A stretch of DNA of 64,000 nt, taken from positions 31,329,967 through 31,393,966 of the forward strand of contig CM120640.1 in assembly GCA_051362555.1 (NCBI GenBank), read 5' to 3'. Under the pieces are notes generated by a model. The model worked only from the letters and a program-made list of their open reading frames with translations. It had not been told where the DNA came from and ran no database searches. The position numbers and the translations under genes were made by a program. Positions 26,408 to 40,457 of this stretch are shown here, in pieces (within the stretch, counting starts at the first letter, position 1; every line of letters begins with the position of its first letter). Origin of the DNA: Lingula anatina (lineage: Eukaryota > Animalia > Brachiopoda).

Positions 26408-28658
26408 TGCATATAACATTTTGAAACGTTCTCTTTGCTAAGTGTGACTGTTAGATGGAAAATTAATAACACTGTATTTATTTTCTTTTGTTAATTATTT
26501 ATCAATCGGTTGTCCCGTGCAATATACTTACTCCGCCAGCTATCTCTCAAAAATGATATTTTCCAATTGATTTACACTGACATTGAAATGACCAACGAAA
26601 CGTAGTATTCCCCAATATGTTTATCTTTCATGATCTTTTTGAACAATTGGCAAATTGATAGGTAGGGGTAGAATGTTTTTAGTCAAAAGTTGTACAAACT
26701 AACCAGTATTCTTTTCATTGCCACTCTCAATGATTGCCCATAAACAATTATTTTACTGTCACAAATCGTTTTTATGACCTGGTATAAATAACCAGTTGAT
26801 AATTGGGTATGGCTTTTCGTTTTATTGTCAAAACGTTCCATACTGAGAAGAGAATAACGTATATGTAAGTCTATACAATAGTTGAGTGGATATTCCCAGG
26901 CACCATTGGGTCACCATGCATGTGGATAGAAACGTGAGCATACTTCCAGCTATAAATTACAAAAAGTCTAGAAAGTGATGTCCGACCTACATGTATACTT
27001 TGGAAACAGTCCAAACTCCGCCCAAACTCTTGCCTACCACCACCGTCCTGACTACTGGCAAACAGCCAGACTTTTTACCTATATTGACTTAAACCCCCCA
27101 GGCACATACGTATAATCAAAATTTGTTGACTTAATAACCGTTGTGATTTAATTGTTACAAGCCATTAGATCTGTAAACGTCCTAGCCCGGCTCTTTGTCT
27201 CTGATAGAGGCCGATAGTGTAAATAAAAACGTTGATTATTTATTGGAATAATTAGAAGCGACGGAACAACTTTTCTTCCCCTCTACACTTCAGCCCGCGC
27301 CTACTAGCGTAAATATTAAATCAAAATCGATGAAGGAACGAAGAAAGAGGCGGTATAACTGTAATGCAATTAGGAAAATTAAGATGTGTAATTAACATTG
27401 TAATTATTTTCTTCTACACAGTATTCTCCATGCGTTTTCCCCCTAGTGCCAGCGTTCGTTTATAATTCTGCAAGTTTTAAACTGTGGCAGGCGATTTCAA
27501 GACACGTGTCTTCATCTATTTTTGTCAAAGTCAAAAACAGAAGACGTCTGACGACGGTCTTTTGGTTAAAGTGCACTTAACACAGCCGCAGCAGAACTCT
27601 TGTATTTCGCTCCAAAAGGACTTAAATATTTAGAGTAGGTACAGTAAACGTGTACTACTTCTGCCGTAGGCCTACATTCGCAAAAAATGAAGTACGGGAA
27701 GGACTGTATCTTTTGAATTTTCAATAACTTTCAGATGCTTTTAATTAGAATTTTTGAATTTTGGAAATTTATATTTCTATATAGCATCTGTGGTGCTTTA
27801 ACTATAAAGAATAGAAATTTAGGGGAGTGTGCTCCACTTCTAAGAATTTATGACTGAAAATTCATTATCTGTCAACTCCACTATTTCACCCCACGCCTAT
27901 AGGCCTCTTTGCTAAAACAAATTTGGTTTATGCAGTTGTAAGTAGGCCTACGCAATATATATACAAGGTACATGTGGACCTAAAGTAAAGTAGATCTAAC
28001 TTTTCGCTTTTTATACCTCATTCCCCTTTTTTAGTAACCGTAGGCTAAAAATTTTAATATGTCAATATTAAAATACCCGCTGCATCCTGTGTTTGTTTCA
28101 ATTTTGCAACATTTGACTAGGAAACGCAAGCAAGCTTTACAAGCCAACATTTTGTCTTCTTGGAGAAATTTTAATACCTGATAGATATATAGTCACAATA
28201 ATTGCCAGTTTTAGTGGCATTCTAAATGATATATACAGACACTTAACCAAAACTAGTTTGAATCAATTCATGCCAATTTTTAAAGTAAACATACCTTTTG
28301 CATCGTAAACTTGAGGTATAAAACAAAACAGCAGAGCGAACGTCATAAACAAAAAACAAATAAAAATCGATAACTTTCTGAAAAAACAATCTGATCTTTC
28401 CGTTTGCTGAAATCAATCTTCCTTTTTTTTCAGAGGAAGTTCCTTAGTTGATTTAAAGTAAAAATATGACATATTTGGAGCGAACAAATATTTTGGAAGG
28501 AGACGGTGACGAGACATTTCGAGCCATAGGTAATCAGAATAAATAAATACATACAAATGGAGAGCCAACTTTGTACTGAACTTCTGTACAGTTTATTTGC
28601 ACGGTACTTATTGGAATTATTCTACCCATCTGTAATTGGGTCCTTCGCAGCTTTACTC

Positions 28659-28710
<52 letters not shown>
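28659..28710. repeat. (ATT)n microsatellite
   Basis: direct reading. Confidence 0.95.
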
Positions 28711-28732
28711 TATTTTTTCATTTATTTATTTA

Positions 28733-29025
28733 TATCTGTCAAGGAGGTTGTTTTCACCTCTGTATATTGTTTGTCTGTTCATCAGCCTAAACTCCATAAG
28801 TTATTGATTGATTTTGATGAAATTTTTTGTGGTGTTTCGGATCCCTGCCTGGATCCAGGAACTTTTTAAGGATTCTTCACCATGGCAAGATAGGGCTAAT
28901 TTGGTCAATATTCTTATTACACCACGAATAATGCAATTCAATCATCAATAATGAGAATGTGGCTAATTAATTAGTTTATTAATAAATAATGAACAATAAT
29001 GAGGATTGAGTTGTCTTGGCGGAGG
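28733..29025 (-). mobile_element. Helentron-associated (HINE/DINE-like) element, reverse orientation
   Basis: CAAGGAGGTTGTTTTCACC and GATTTTGATGAAATTTT match the reverse complement of 59800-60053; far end CTTGGCGGAGG. Confidence 0.7.
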
Positions 29026-29444
29026 GGTTGAAATGGACTGTTTTTATTTATCGCTCTGGCTGAAGTGAATAAAAATGAACCAAACTTCCTCTGTCACTGC
29101 ACGCGGAACTGTTGTGGTATGGTCTGCTTAACGCTAACTATACTCTATACTCTATGCTAACTTCGATGAAGTTCATTTTCCAGTGTGTGTGTTTTATTGA
29201 GTCCCTTTGGGCTGTCCCTTGGCAATGTATTAAGTCGTTTAGCCAGAAATGATGATATATAACGCTGTTTAATACCCATCTCTAAAGATATCAACAGGAA
29301 AGCCTAAGGCGGTGAACGTGGATCAAGCGCAGTTATTCACCCGCTGACATTTTACTCAGTAGTCTGTCGGTTGTTATATACCACTAAGCTCACTTTGATT
29401 TAATTATCTACGTTCCCTGGTGGCTTCCAGGTAGTGGTCAAAAC

Positions 29445-29501
29445 ATGATGAAGCTGAGAACGGACCGGATGACGCTTTCGGTTGTGCCTAGTCTCAAGCC
29501 G
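29445..29501 (+). CDS. Candidate alternative upstream coding exon of the Imp-L2-like gene (MMKLRTDRMTLSVVPSLKP)
   Basis: ttccag acceptor at 29430, AAAC-ATG start, 19 codons, GTGAGC donor at phase 0, in frame with the acceptor at 41429. Confidence 0.35.
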
Positions 29502-30374
29502 GTGAGCCTAGATGAAATACGTTGTTTCTACGAATTTTAGAACATTTTAGAGTGAAGTCGTTTTAGAGTTTAGATTTAAAATTTTACAGTGACATTAGTG
29601 AAAGCAATAGTCCAGTAACGTTTATTGTGCACACATTAGTGTAATTCTTCAGTTTTCTAATAACTCACATAAACACGGTAAAAGTTATATATGCTACAAC
29701 TTGAACGCACGATGAAGTTTGAAACATCACACCTCTACTGGGGATACAGTCATCGCTTGAAAATAGTTATAACCTTCCCAGTATCTAGAACAAACTTCAG
29801 GAACTCCAGTTATATTAAGGACTGAAATATACATGCCCAACGCTTGCGTTCTTGTCATTCTGGCGCATGAAACCCCGCAATGCATCCTTGGAAAACGTGC
29901 GATCACACATGTGCTGACGAGTAATTTGCAGTTACTTCCTCGTATCCGAAACACTTGACTACGATGGGCCTTGGTAAGAATAAAGTTGAGAGTGACGCAA
30001 CGTAAAACATGGCACAAGTCACTTTTAATTTTCGTTGAAATGAACTACACATGGAGTTAGATTTGAGTGGTAATATAATACCCATTACCACAACCGTTTT
30101 GGTCGCACCTGTACGTCTTGACTCATGGAAAAAGAGCCCCAAAACAGGGATGTGTCATGGGTTGAGGCTAATAGTGCATCACAGCCATTAATTGTTGATA
30201 ATGCTGTGAATAGCCTAATTAAATTAATTATAAAGCATAACACGCATGAACACGTGTGATTTAGCATACTGCATATGTGAACATTTATAAATGTATATCC
30301 TTATATATTGTGTAAATAATGTAGTCTAGTGAGCCTGCAAATGTATTCATATCATTTAAACTCATTACTCATAA

Positions 30375-30377
<3 letters not shown>

Positions 30378-30425
<48 letters not shown>
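30378..30425. repeat. (ATT)n microsatellite
   Basis: direct reading. Confidence 0.95.
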
Positions 30426-30426
<1 letters not shown>

Positions 30427-31382
30427 AACTAAACAAAACAGATATCAGCCTTAAAACAGTATACTTACTCTAGTTTAACTTATGGGATGCTTTAGGTTGT
30501 TTTCAGTGACGCGTAGGGGTACTTACGGGCCATCGTACCAATCATCCTTGTAAAACATCTTTTTTTTTTCAGTCATTATATGATTTTTATAAACGAAAAT
30601 TTAAAAAAAATCCCCAATTTCACCGCAAGTGAAAAAATCCTGTATCCGAATAAGAAGCCGGATAGAGGCACTCCCAAATAGCTGTGTATCCTGATTATTT
30701 CGTAGAAATTTGTGTAGCACCCTACAAACTTTTGAGCATCAGTGTAGGCCTATATCAAATCAACAAAAAAGGACATTGGCACCAAGAACTATTTGTGCTC
30801 TAAAAACACCCGCTAAGAATGAAGCTTCCTCTAATAAATTCTCCTTTCTTTGAAAGGCAAAATCATCACTCGCTTAAGTATTTTTTTTTTTGCTAAGGTT
30901 TTTCGTGCGGTCAGTTTGAATGCACGTATTAAAAAACGTCACCTTTCACTCCCTTTGTATCAACACTTTGTGTTTGTCCATTTCTTCAAAAAGTAATTGT
31001 TTGAGTGGGCATAACCTGTTTTTAAAACTATTTTATTACAATATTATACAGAAAAATAATAATATTACATTCACATCATCAGACATTCCAAATAAAATGT
31101 ATTTCAAATTCAACGTGCTCAATATAAAGTAATGTGGGGTCTGGCAAATTTTCACCTACACTCGAGTCAATATGGCCATCATTTCATAGATAAAAATTAA
31201 AACGCGTGAGAGAGATGAAAAGAAGAGAGGAGCACAAAAACCTTGCGCGAAGCAGGGTTGTTACCAGAGAGGTCATCGTTCATGGTAAAAGCTAGTAAAT
31301 GCGACGTTTATTGTTGTGAGACCTTGCAACATTTTTGAGGCTATCACCCCGCTGATTAGCTCCGTCTCCAGTACTAGTACAG

Positions 31383-31514
31383 GGCCCCGTAACTCGAAAG
31401 CATCGCGCATTGCGACCGAGCCCAAGCGTCTCGTTTCCATAACTCGTTCATACTCGCCCCATATGGGGGTTAGGGAATCGAGACTTGCGCTCAATGCTTT
31501 CGAGTTACGGGGCC
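31383..31514. mobile_element. PIF/Harbinger-like MITE
   Basis: Perfect 21-bp TIR GGCCCCGTAACTCGAAAGCAT; 3-bp CAG on both flanks (31380-31382, 31515-31517). Confidence 0.85.
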
Positions 31515-32055
31515 CAGGTAATAGTAAAACACACGAAAAAGCTTTTCTCTCAAACTTGTTCTCCGAGAGATCAGACTTATCTGATGACCCTTTTATGAAA
31601 ATGGAAATTTTGTTAAAAATTATCAGACTAAGGGCGCGAAATACTTGTCCAACGTGTTAAACGAGTGAGCTGGCATTTGCACCTCATATATTGTTAAAAG
31701 ACAGACATCCATTCAGAATTCTCTATGCAGTTTATGTTATGTTAATCCCAGCGTAAGCGTACATCCCATGCACAATACGTCAGTAAAGGAGGAGGACAGG
31801 GTCGCGGCAACGTGACTGAGATTATCTGTCCACAATCTAGCCATCGAGAAAGGTAGGTGAGTCTGAAAATAGGCTCTGCACGCGCGACGCGGTACTCACT
31901 GAAGAACACGTTGTCTGTGACTGCATACACGCGATAAAGTGCCGTGAATAGTTTCGCTCAATAGACTTTACAAATTAAATTAATATCGTTTTCTCTATTC
32001 CTAGAATTACGGACGTATAGTATGTAAATGTATAAAACTTTATTTGGCTAAATAT

Positions 32056-32062
<7 letters not shown>

Positions 32063-32122
<60 letters not shown>
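32063..32122. repeat. (TA)n microsatellite
   Basis: direct reading. Confidence 0.97.
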
Positions 32123-32123
<1 letters not shown>

Positions 32124-32592
32124 CATTTCCGAAGACAACCAAGCGTAAAATGAACACAGGAAATAGCTTTGAAAAAGGAACGGCGCTAAAATGGCGTTTT
32201 TGGCGAATTATGTACACATCTTATGTTGATAAATACTTCTGGACTCTTTCGGACACCATCCAGATATGTTTTACCATCTCAACAGTGATGCAACAATTTC
32301 TGCAGTTAACGCTACAGTGCTTCCATTACTATTACTATTTCGCTATACTTCTCGAGTACGATTGATCGAAAAACTATGAGGGGGGTTATCCATTTTACGC
32401 ATGATTGTGACAATAAGTGATTTATGCATGATTGTGACAATGATTGAAAAAGTACACCATATCTACTGTTCCTCTGATGTTATTTGTTTGGTTGTTGATC
32501 TCAAGATGACGAAGTGAATGAAGAAGATGAAGCCTCGAGTCGATATCCACATTATGCGGTCAATCGTCAGAGAGAGTGTAGCGAAGAATTCT

Positions 32593-32684
32593 CAAGTTAA
32601 GCAAAACGCTCGCATCAACCTGTTGATTAAATGCAAATGCTTGCGGTTTGGTTGAAAATCGTCTTACCACAGAGCGTGGAAGCG
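32593..32684 (+). repeat. 92-bp dispersed direct repeat, copy 1
   Basis: 91/92 identical to 35250-35341. Confidence 0.95.
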
Positions 32685-34001
32685 CAGTTCTAGTCGTAGA
32701 TTTAATTTTGCTCCTCTATTTTGCTCCTCTTTTTTTTTTTTTTTTTTTTTGCAAACAAGCAATTTCCGTCGCAGGCTCTATTGGGTCTGGACATTATACT
32801 TGTTGGAATGAATGCACAACAAGGCAGTGATTGTTTTTACTTTTTACTCTGTTGAATTGAATCATTAAGGGGTATACGTATTGCAACTGATTATGCAAAT
32901 ACTTGCCCCTTTGTCAGCGAGTTTCACGTCATGATTCGTGAGTAAATCGAAATCCATTTAGGCGGGAAAAAGATTCTCGGAAACATTCTACTGAAAAGTA
33001 AACATCCATGTGTACATTGTAGGAACGTATTCAAAATCTCCTCCCTTGTCTTGCTTCCTCGAAAGGCAATTGCCATCAGTTGCTCAATAAATCGGCATTG
33101 TTTAGAGAAACATCCTTTTCTTCATTATACAAGGGTGCTGTTTTTTTGGATATTGTAAGGAAATTTTGTAATATAATTTGCCTTTTTTAATTTCATAATT
33201 GGTCCTTGTGGAAAAAATGACAAATAATCTACACGGCGCTGACTCTTAGACAAGGTTTGTGTCTCTTGCGACGTGCTAATAATTGATTAGTAATCAACAT
33301 TCAGTAGTAATTATCTTCAACGGATGGCAAGAGGATACTCAGCAGATAGATGTAGGGGAGTTATCCTAACTGAACAATGATAGTGATGAATATTATTTTC
33401 CAATAATTTCTACAAGAACGTTTCTGGCCATCTTCGAAAGCGTGGTGTGAAAAGGCGCTGTAACGGAGTTGGCTTTCTACTTCGGACGTGGGATCGTTGT
33501 TGTTGCACAGCAGAAAAAAGGTCTTAAGGTAGAAAAGACCGAGTTAAGCAACTATCTCCGATTTTATTCGATTTAGTAAAATAATTGTATCACACAAATG
33601 ATCTACTAAGCTACAACCGTTTTATAATTAGGTCAGAAAAAAACGCAGTTCAAGACAGTCGTACACTGTCACTAATTATAATCATTGCATTTGTTTCCAG
33701 ATATCTTTCTGATTTGATCCATTTCCTGTTCACGTCATTATGAACACCCCCGGGACGGCAAATGCAGTATTAAAGTCATGAGGTGACCGATGATAATAAT
33801 ACATTTACTGTAGACAGTCTTATTAAGTTAAATCTTCCATTTGTGCCAATTTTATGGTGTTTATATGTTTCTATTGAAGCCCGATTTCAGACAATCTAGT
33901 GGAAATGGATGCAAATGTTTCCATAAAATATATCATACCAAGAATTTCTTTTTTCCTTTTTTTGCTCAAGCACTCGAACAAGCGAACTTATGGTGACATG
34001 T

Positions 34002-34005
<4 letters not shown>

Positions 34006-34056
<51 letters not shown>
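34006..34056. repeat. (TA)n microsatellite
   Basis: direct reading. Confidence 0.97.
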
Positions 34057-34059
<3 letters not shown>

Positions 34060-35249
34060 TATTTTCGGTACTATGAATTTTTAAAAGTCACGTTCGGGGA
34101 GTATTTGTAATCCTTAAACGTGGAGGTCAGTTCGATACCATTTATTATCCTTTGATATTCGTAAATGAATTTTATCGTAGCACTTCTCCTTTCTACATGT
34201 TCACTTTATTATATATGTCACCCAGCGCTGGTGTCTTTAAGGAAATAAAGGAATCTTGCAACACAATGTGTACTCTTTGTCGTACCCCTGATTGATTAAT
34301 GTACACCTGTCGCATATCTGACCCTACTCCACCTCCTGCCAAGAGTGAAGAATGAGCATTTCTCGGAAGCTCGATGAAAATAAGTCAGATAATTCACCTT
34401 TTAACATTCCGTTTAGCCAGTTAAATATTCGTACTCGTAGGAAATGACCAGTTTTTTGATAGATTATCGGACTTACAGAAGTACACACGTTACTTTTTGA
34501 TGTCACCTTAAATTTGCTAGACTGGCAACCATTCTTAATTCTGGCATTTAACTTGACGTCTATTTAACAACTGCACTAGACCTCGTCATAGGCCTTCTGT
34601 CGTGATTACACAAAATTCACCTCCACCTTATTACTGTGTCAAATTAATATTGAGAAAACCGTTTTCACCCTCCTACTCAAGAATCAATGACATCTTTCAT
34701 AACATCTTAGGTGTTACTGGATATGTGCAGACATCAAAAGGTGAGATGTATTACTGGAAATTTGGATTCAAATTTCGAATTACACTGAAAAAAATTTTAT
34801 CATCATGAATGTGACTGCTTATAGAACAGCAAGACAAACAAAAACAATTACTCGTGGACAAGTTCTTTTACTGTAATCATATTACTTCATACTTGGTATA
34901 TTAAGCTAGTCCCTATGAGGTCAATGCCAGACATTCTTGTGATACTTATCTCACAGGCTGCATATGCCCTGCCCTTCCCCTCCCTCGCCAGGTACATTAT
35001 CTATATCTAGTTCAATTGCTGGTTTGCATGATCATGGGTCAAACACCCTGATCGTCACATATTGTATTCAAAGTGACTCTTCTATTATCAGCAACTATAG
35101 TTTTAATAAGCCGTTTACGGTGACGTTTGTGGATGAAATTTAATAATACCCAATGTAATAAGTAATACTTGTCACTCAGGGGCTCCTTAGTTATTTCGAT
35201 CCAGGCGTGCTCGGAAGGTGGGTGAATCATACACGTCTGCAAAAATTTA

Positions 35250-35341
35250 CAAGTTAAGCAAAACGATCGCATCAACCTGTTGATTAAATGCAAATGCTTG
35301 CGGTTTGGTTGAAAATCGTCTTACCACAGAGCGTGGAAGCG
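35250..35341 (+). repeat. 92-bp dispersed direct repeat, copy 2
   Basis: 91/92 identical to 32593-32684. Confidence 0.95.
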
Positions 35342-35622
35342 TTCATTTCATTTCTCGTCTGTGGTATTTGAACATCCAAGTCTATCACATTTTGTTACAA
35401 TGCTTAAAGAACTTGAGGGGGAGGGGGGGGAGGGGCTTGCAATTTTCATCAAAGTATCAAGCACGCACTGACGCACATCAGTTTGACGATAAGGGTACAG
35501 CTGAAACCCAGAGGGCGTTGTCACGCACCCCGAAATAGAATTTAACTACCCGACAATTGACATGAATTTATGGTAACATTTCCTCACAATTGATGAACAG
35601 ACAGGGCTGTAGGCTGTATGCA

Positions 35623-35627
35623 TGTGT

Positions 35628-35658
<31 letters not shown>

Positions 35659-35662
35659 GGGG
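35623..35662. repeat. (TG)n followed by poly-G run
   Basis: direct reading. Confidence 0.9.
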
Positions 35663-37099
35663 TATGAAACAAGCAACGGAATTCACCAGTTTCTATGTAC
35701 GTTTCAAAAGTGACTCTAAACCTGGAAACAGAACTCCAAAACGGGTTGATGGATCGTAATTCTATGATAATTCTCGTTTTGTGGATAAGTCATATCTTGA
35801 TGAATCAAGAGAAAAGTGTTGCAATCTCCAGGAAAATCCAGCTAAATAGAGGATTCGGCACCTTTAAGTTATTCACAGAATGAAACTTCTAAATCGATTT
35901 CCAACCTGCAATTTGCTGACAAATAAAGAACATGACAACAGACAAATGATTATATGTTCATTAACTTATGGCCTTTACACGCATTTGCAACGTTAAAAAT
36001 AGACATTCCAATCACAAGAAAAAAAAACAGTAAAGGCTCATAAAATTTTAAGCTACACAATGCAAGTATTCTGGTTTCAGTCCCTATTAGATCTCAACAA
36101 AAAACACAAATCACATAAATATATAAACTCATCACTATTCTCCTCACTTACATCATTAAAAGTAAATAAACAAGTATCTAAATAATGAAATGCTTTGTTT
36201 TTATTCCATTTAATGTAATTGTCTCATGAATATGCCATTTTTTTGCAGAAGGCCCACGAGATAAATGTTCAGCGGAATGGGATTTTATGCCAGGAACATT
36301 CTTAAGTAGCACATAACTGGATAATCATCAATTTGTACAAATTAAAAGCTCTCTTCCCTGGACCAGTGCGAAGAGAACTCAGTTGTCTAGTTTTCAATGT
36401 CTGGAATCCTCTTGCGTCTAAATATTTTGACTGTTATGGATATTTCTCTATGTCCTTTCCTACCCTCTCTATGTCTTGAAAATAAAAGTACTTAATATCT
36501 CCTCGTTCTACAAATAATTATTGAATAAATTGAGTTCACCTATCCGAAACAAAAAAAAGTCAGCGGAAAGAGGCCTACAGACAACCGTTTGCCCAATGCA
36601 TCTTTTCACTCACAAATGTGGAACCTAACAGAAATTAGCTTATACATGTAAAATCATAATTACCATCTTAATATCTTAAGTGTGAATCACTTTTTCAGTT
36701 CTAAGCTATAAAACTGCTGAAATAGCGACGGCAAGGGCATTGAGGGAAAAGTAGGCCAATTGCCTGTATTAATTTTTCATACGATTATTGATTTTTCGTA
36801 TGTGGAACATTTTAGGGGGAGACATAGGGAAGAGAGGTGCTGGGATCAAGATGCCAGTACAATGTTTGAGTTATATGGGATTAACGATCAGAGTATATTG
36901 AGAACTTTTATTGGTGCGAAAAACTACGCCATGGTCCTATTATCCAGTTTCGCCTTCTAAAACTTTGCAAACATCATGGCCCCTCTTTATTTCAGCCGTC
37001 TCTACCCTGAATGTTTTACGTGTCAACAGTTAAGCTCTCGAAAAACGCGGAACATTCAGCGTGGGGGCAGAAAAAGAACCGGCAAGGCATAGTTTTGAT

Positions 37100-37102
<3 letters not shown>

Positions 37103-37192
<90 letters not shown>
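37103..37192. repeat. Compound (TA)n(CA)n microsatellite
   Basis: direct reading. Confidence 0.97.
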
Positions 37193-37193
<1 letters not shown>

Positions 37194-40147
37194 GTGCACC
37201 TTGGTTCAAAAGCCCTTTCAATCGGGAATCACTGGAGGGCGCAAGGGCAGTCCGGAAAAAAAGGTGCTGCTCATTTGCTGCTATGCTATTCGCAAAAACT
37301 GTTAAACTTGATGAAGCTGTGGATTTTGTTACTTGTAAGTCAGTGTTCCTTTATTCTGTTCCCCTAACGCATATACTAATAAAAGAAATCCTGATGAATT
37401 TGACATAAGACACAAGTCAGTAATTTTTTCATTAATTTGCTTATGTATGAGTGTCCGATAGCCCTTCCTAAAAAGGCATTGCCGTGACTTCACTTGTATT
37501 GGTGTTTTCTCTTTTGTCGACGGTATCATTTAGTACAACAGCGCGCTCCTAGTGGTGTAACACCAATTTGCGCTGTGTGGTAATCTCAGTAAAAATTCGG
37601 TGTTTGGAGTACATGTATTACATCTAGTCAGCACTGTAAAAGCTACCCGCACCAACACCTGCTCTGGAAATGGACAGTGAAATTGTGACGCAAATTCATT
37701 GTGCTGTGTGATTTTTTCATCTCTTGACAGCCTAGGGGTTGCCATTTGTTTAACTTGAATTTGGACAAGAATGGTTTTGGTATAAAAACACACACAGCTT
37801 TTTTTCTGTTCTGCCATATGCATTTTTATTACAGATATTTCTTGTCCCTGTTAGATGATTTTCACTCCTTTATTATTCATTAAGAAAACTGGACCCAGCT
37901 AGCGACAGTGGCAGGAAAAAAAGGGAGAAGAATTTCATAGGGAAAACTACTCCCCTTAGTATATTAGATACAATACCTGCCAAAGGTGTACAAAAAGATA
38001 ACAAATCTGCAGTCTATGGATACAGGAAGAAGCCTGGAAGTTATCATGAATGATTCATCCCACCTGCATGTTAATATCTGCAGTAATCAACGGAAAATAA
38101 AGCAGACAATCTAATGGTCTATTTAGTTGCCAATCACGCAAACGAGTGAAGAAGAAAAAAAGAACAAGGCAACCACTTGATCGTACATGTGAAAAGAAAC
38201 AATCAAGCAAAAAAAAAAAAAAAAAAAAAAAAAAACAGTAAGTTACAAAATATTATTCTGACCGACGGTAATCACACGGTAAACAAACACAAGAGAATAT
38301 CTTTTCATAAATAGTGAACAGAAAAATGTGTTTAAACTTAAGTTTCGGTCATAAACTTTGTCTTGATTTGGATCTTCCAGATATGAGTGAATTCCTGCGG
38401 TTGCCTCATGGAATTGAAGCGAAAAGGAATTGAGCTTATCATTCAAGCCAGTCTCATACAAATTATATATACAATCAGCAAACTAAATGAACGACTTTGT
38501 GACGAAGGGACCTTATGTAAATGAAATACGTACTATAATTGCTGAAGGTGTAACGACTATTGTAAAGGCATTGATTTGCAATTGTTAAGAGGTTTGTCGG
38601 CACACCTCACAGAGAAGGGCCTATTGACCCCGAATTATTCGTTCGAATTGTTCTCTTTTTTGTTTGACGTTTGGTTTAGATATGACATCATTCCAGTCAA
38701 AATGCATTCACGAACAAGGATGCTTTTGTTGCATTAAAACAACTACCTACATTGCTATCGGCATTTTTCCATTTGGGCTGCTCATCTGTGATTCCTTCAC
38801 ACTGGGTGTAATAACACACAGTTATTACGCATGACAAACAATCTGAGTAATGCCCTAAGACACCGATTTTATAAAATCTCAAATAAAAATAATAAAGTAA
38901 GTCTGCTACTGAGTTTGTCTGTCCAGGAGGATCATGTTGTTCATTGACGGTGAATCAGCTTAGCTCTTTTTACCAGCATCCCTCACCGCGGCCTTTATGA
39001 GGTGACTTATTGGAACAATATAGGTGGAGAAATAGTAAATCGTTCCCAATGAGTCATGAATACCAACAGCGTTGCATTCAACTCTACCTGTGATCTATGA
39101 GTGCTAGCCCGTCTTAATTTTCGCCTGAATTGGGCCAAACGCACAATAATGAACACCGGACGGATACGCACCGCTAGGCCATTGCGTTTTTTACCTTGAG
39201 CATGCATTCCGCCATTGACGAATAAAGTGAGACATTACCTACATCGATTACGTGAAACAATCCATAGCTGATTCGCTATTCCGTAAGGGACTAGGTAGTA
39301 CAAAATATGAGAAAAATATATGAACGAATTTGTAATCCGAAAAAGGATATGAAACTGGGAACTATTTAAAATTCCCGTTGATAAAACATAGGCACAAAGG
39401 GTGAAATGATACTTGTCATAATTAGAATAAAATAAGAATAAAATAAACTGATGAATGCGAATGTAATTGCAAGGGGTTAACTTACGATGACCATTGCGTC
39501 AGACTGCAGTAATGAAAAATAAACTGAGCCCCCTTCTCTGACAAAATTGATCATAAATCTTAGACGGGGTTTATCTGAAGTACGGGCATTGCGCACGTCC
39601 ACAGGATGCGAGTCATGGTAAAATGAAAAATATAAGATATGATGTAGATTAAACCCTCATTCACTTGAATTAATGACGTGAATGTGTCAAACAATTCAAT
39701 CACAAAATGACTTTTCCATTCATCATTTTCGCTAATTTGTTCAGCTTGAATAGGCTGAATAGAGTCGGGTTTTGTGGACGTCTGTCTCGCTAATTGCCGG
39801 ACGCTTAAGACAATGTCAATAGTATGACGGATATAACGCAATATGATAAGAAAGACAAATAGAAAACGTTTCTGATCGCGTTAATTGGGAAGAGAGAAAA
39901 TGAAATTAAAATTTGATAAGGAGTTTTAGAGTAAAACTGACTCAATACTGCAAGGCTATTGCAGCATGATGCTGTTTAAGCAATCAGCCGTAAAATAATA
40001 GTCCATTAACAATGCTTGGGTTGTCGCTATTTTATTTTAGACTTGGTGAAAAATTAAAGTCAATCGTTTGCTGACGTTGTACGTATGTGTGGCATGAAAG
40101 AATTATGATCTCCAGATTGATTTGATGGTGATTTCGGTCTGCTTAAA

Positions 40148-40258
40148 CAGGAAGTCATGATCAACCACGTGGAGCTAAACCTCGGGTGTCAATCACCAAT
40201 AGCCGCTCAGTGATTGGCCTGATCACACGTGTGACGTCTACCGGGAAAATCTATAAAT
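40148..40258 (+). promoter_or_regulatory. Probable proximal promoter of the Imp-L2-like gene
   Basis: Within 110 bp: ETS-like CAGGAAGT 40148, CACGTG 40166 and 40226, CCAAT 40196, ATTGG 40213, TGACGTC 40232, TATAAAT 40252. Confidence 0.65.
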
Positions 40259-40282
40259 TCAGCTTAGATAGGCATGCACCCT

Positions 40283-40457
40283 CACGATAAATTTGTGCAT
40301 TGGAGACGCAACGAAAGGCAAAAGGACCGCTTGAATTAAGTAATTAGGAAAAGTCTTGAAGGTAATATTCTGAACACGAAAGGACAAAGAAACGTTGCGA
40401 AGAGAAGGAAGATAGGATATTCCAAAACCATTCAATTTGAAAGGAATCAAAATACAG
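40283..40457 (+). other. Candidate non-coding first exon of the Imp-L2-like gene (start approximate)
   Basis: Begins ~30 nt after the TATA box, purine-rich, ends at CAG|GTTGGT donor; the ATG exon at 41429 has an acceptor and so needs an upstream exon. Confidence 0.5.

Noticed and set aside
32593-35341. The 92-bp direct repeats as LTRs of a TRIM/LTR element
   Set aside because: No TG..CA ends, primer-binding site, polypurine tract or TSD
3086-37408. ORFs with [16 protein letters not shown] or THTH runs in the ORF track
   Set aside because: They are translations of microsatellites, not genes
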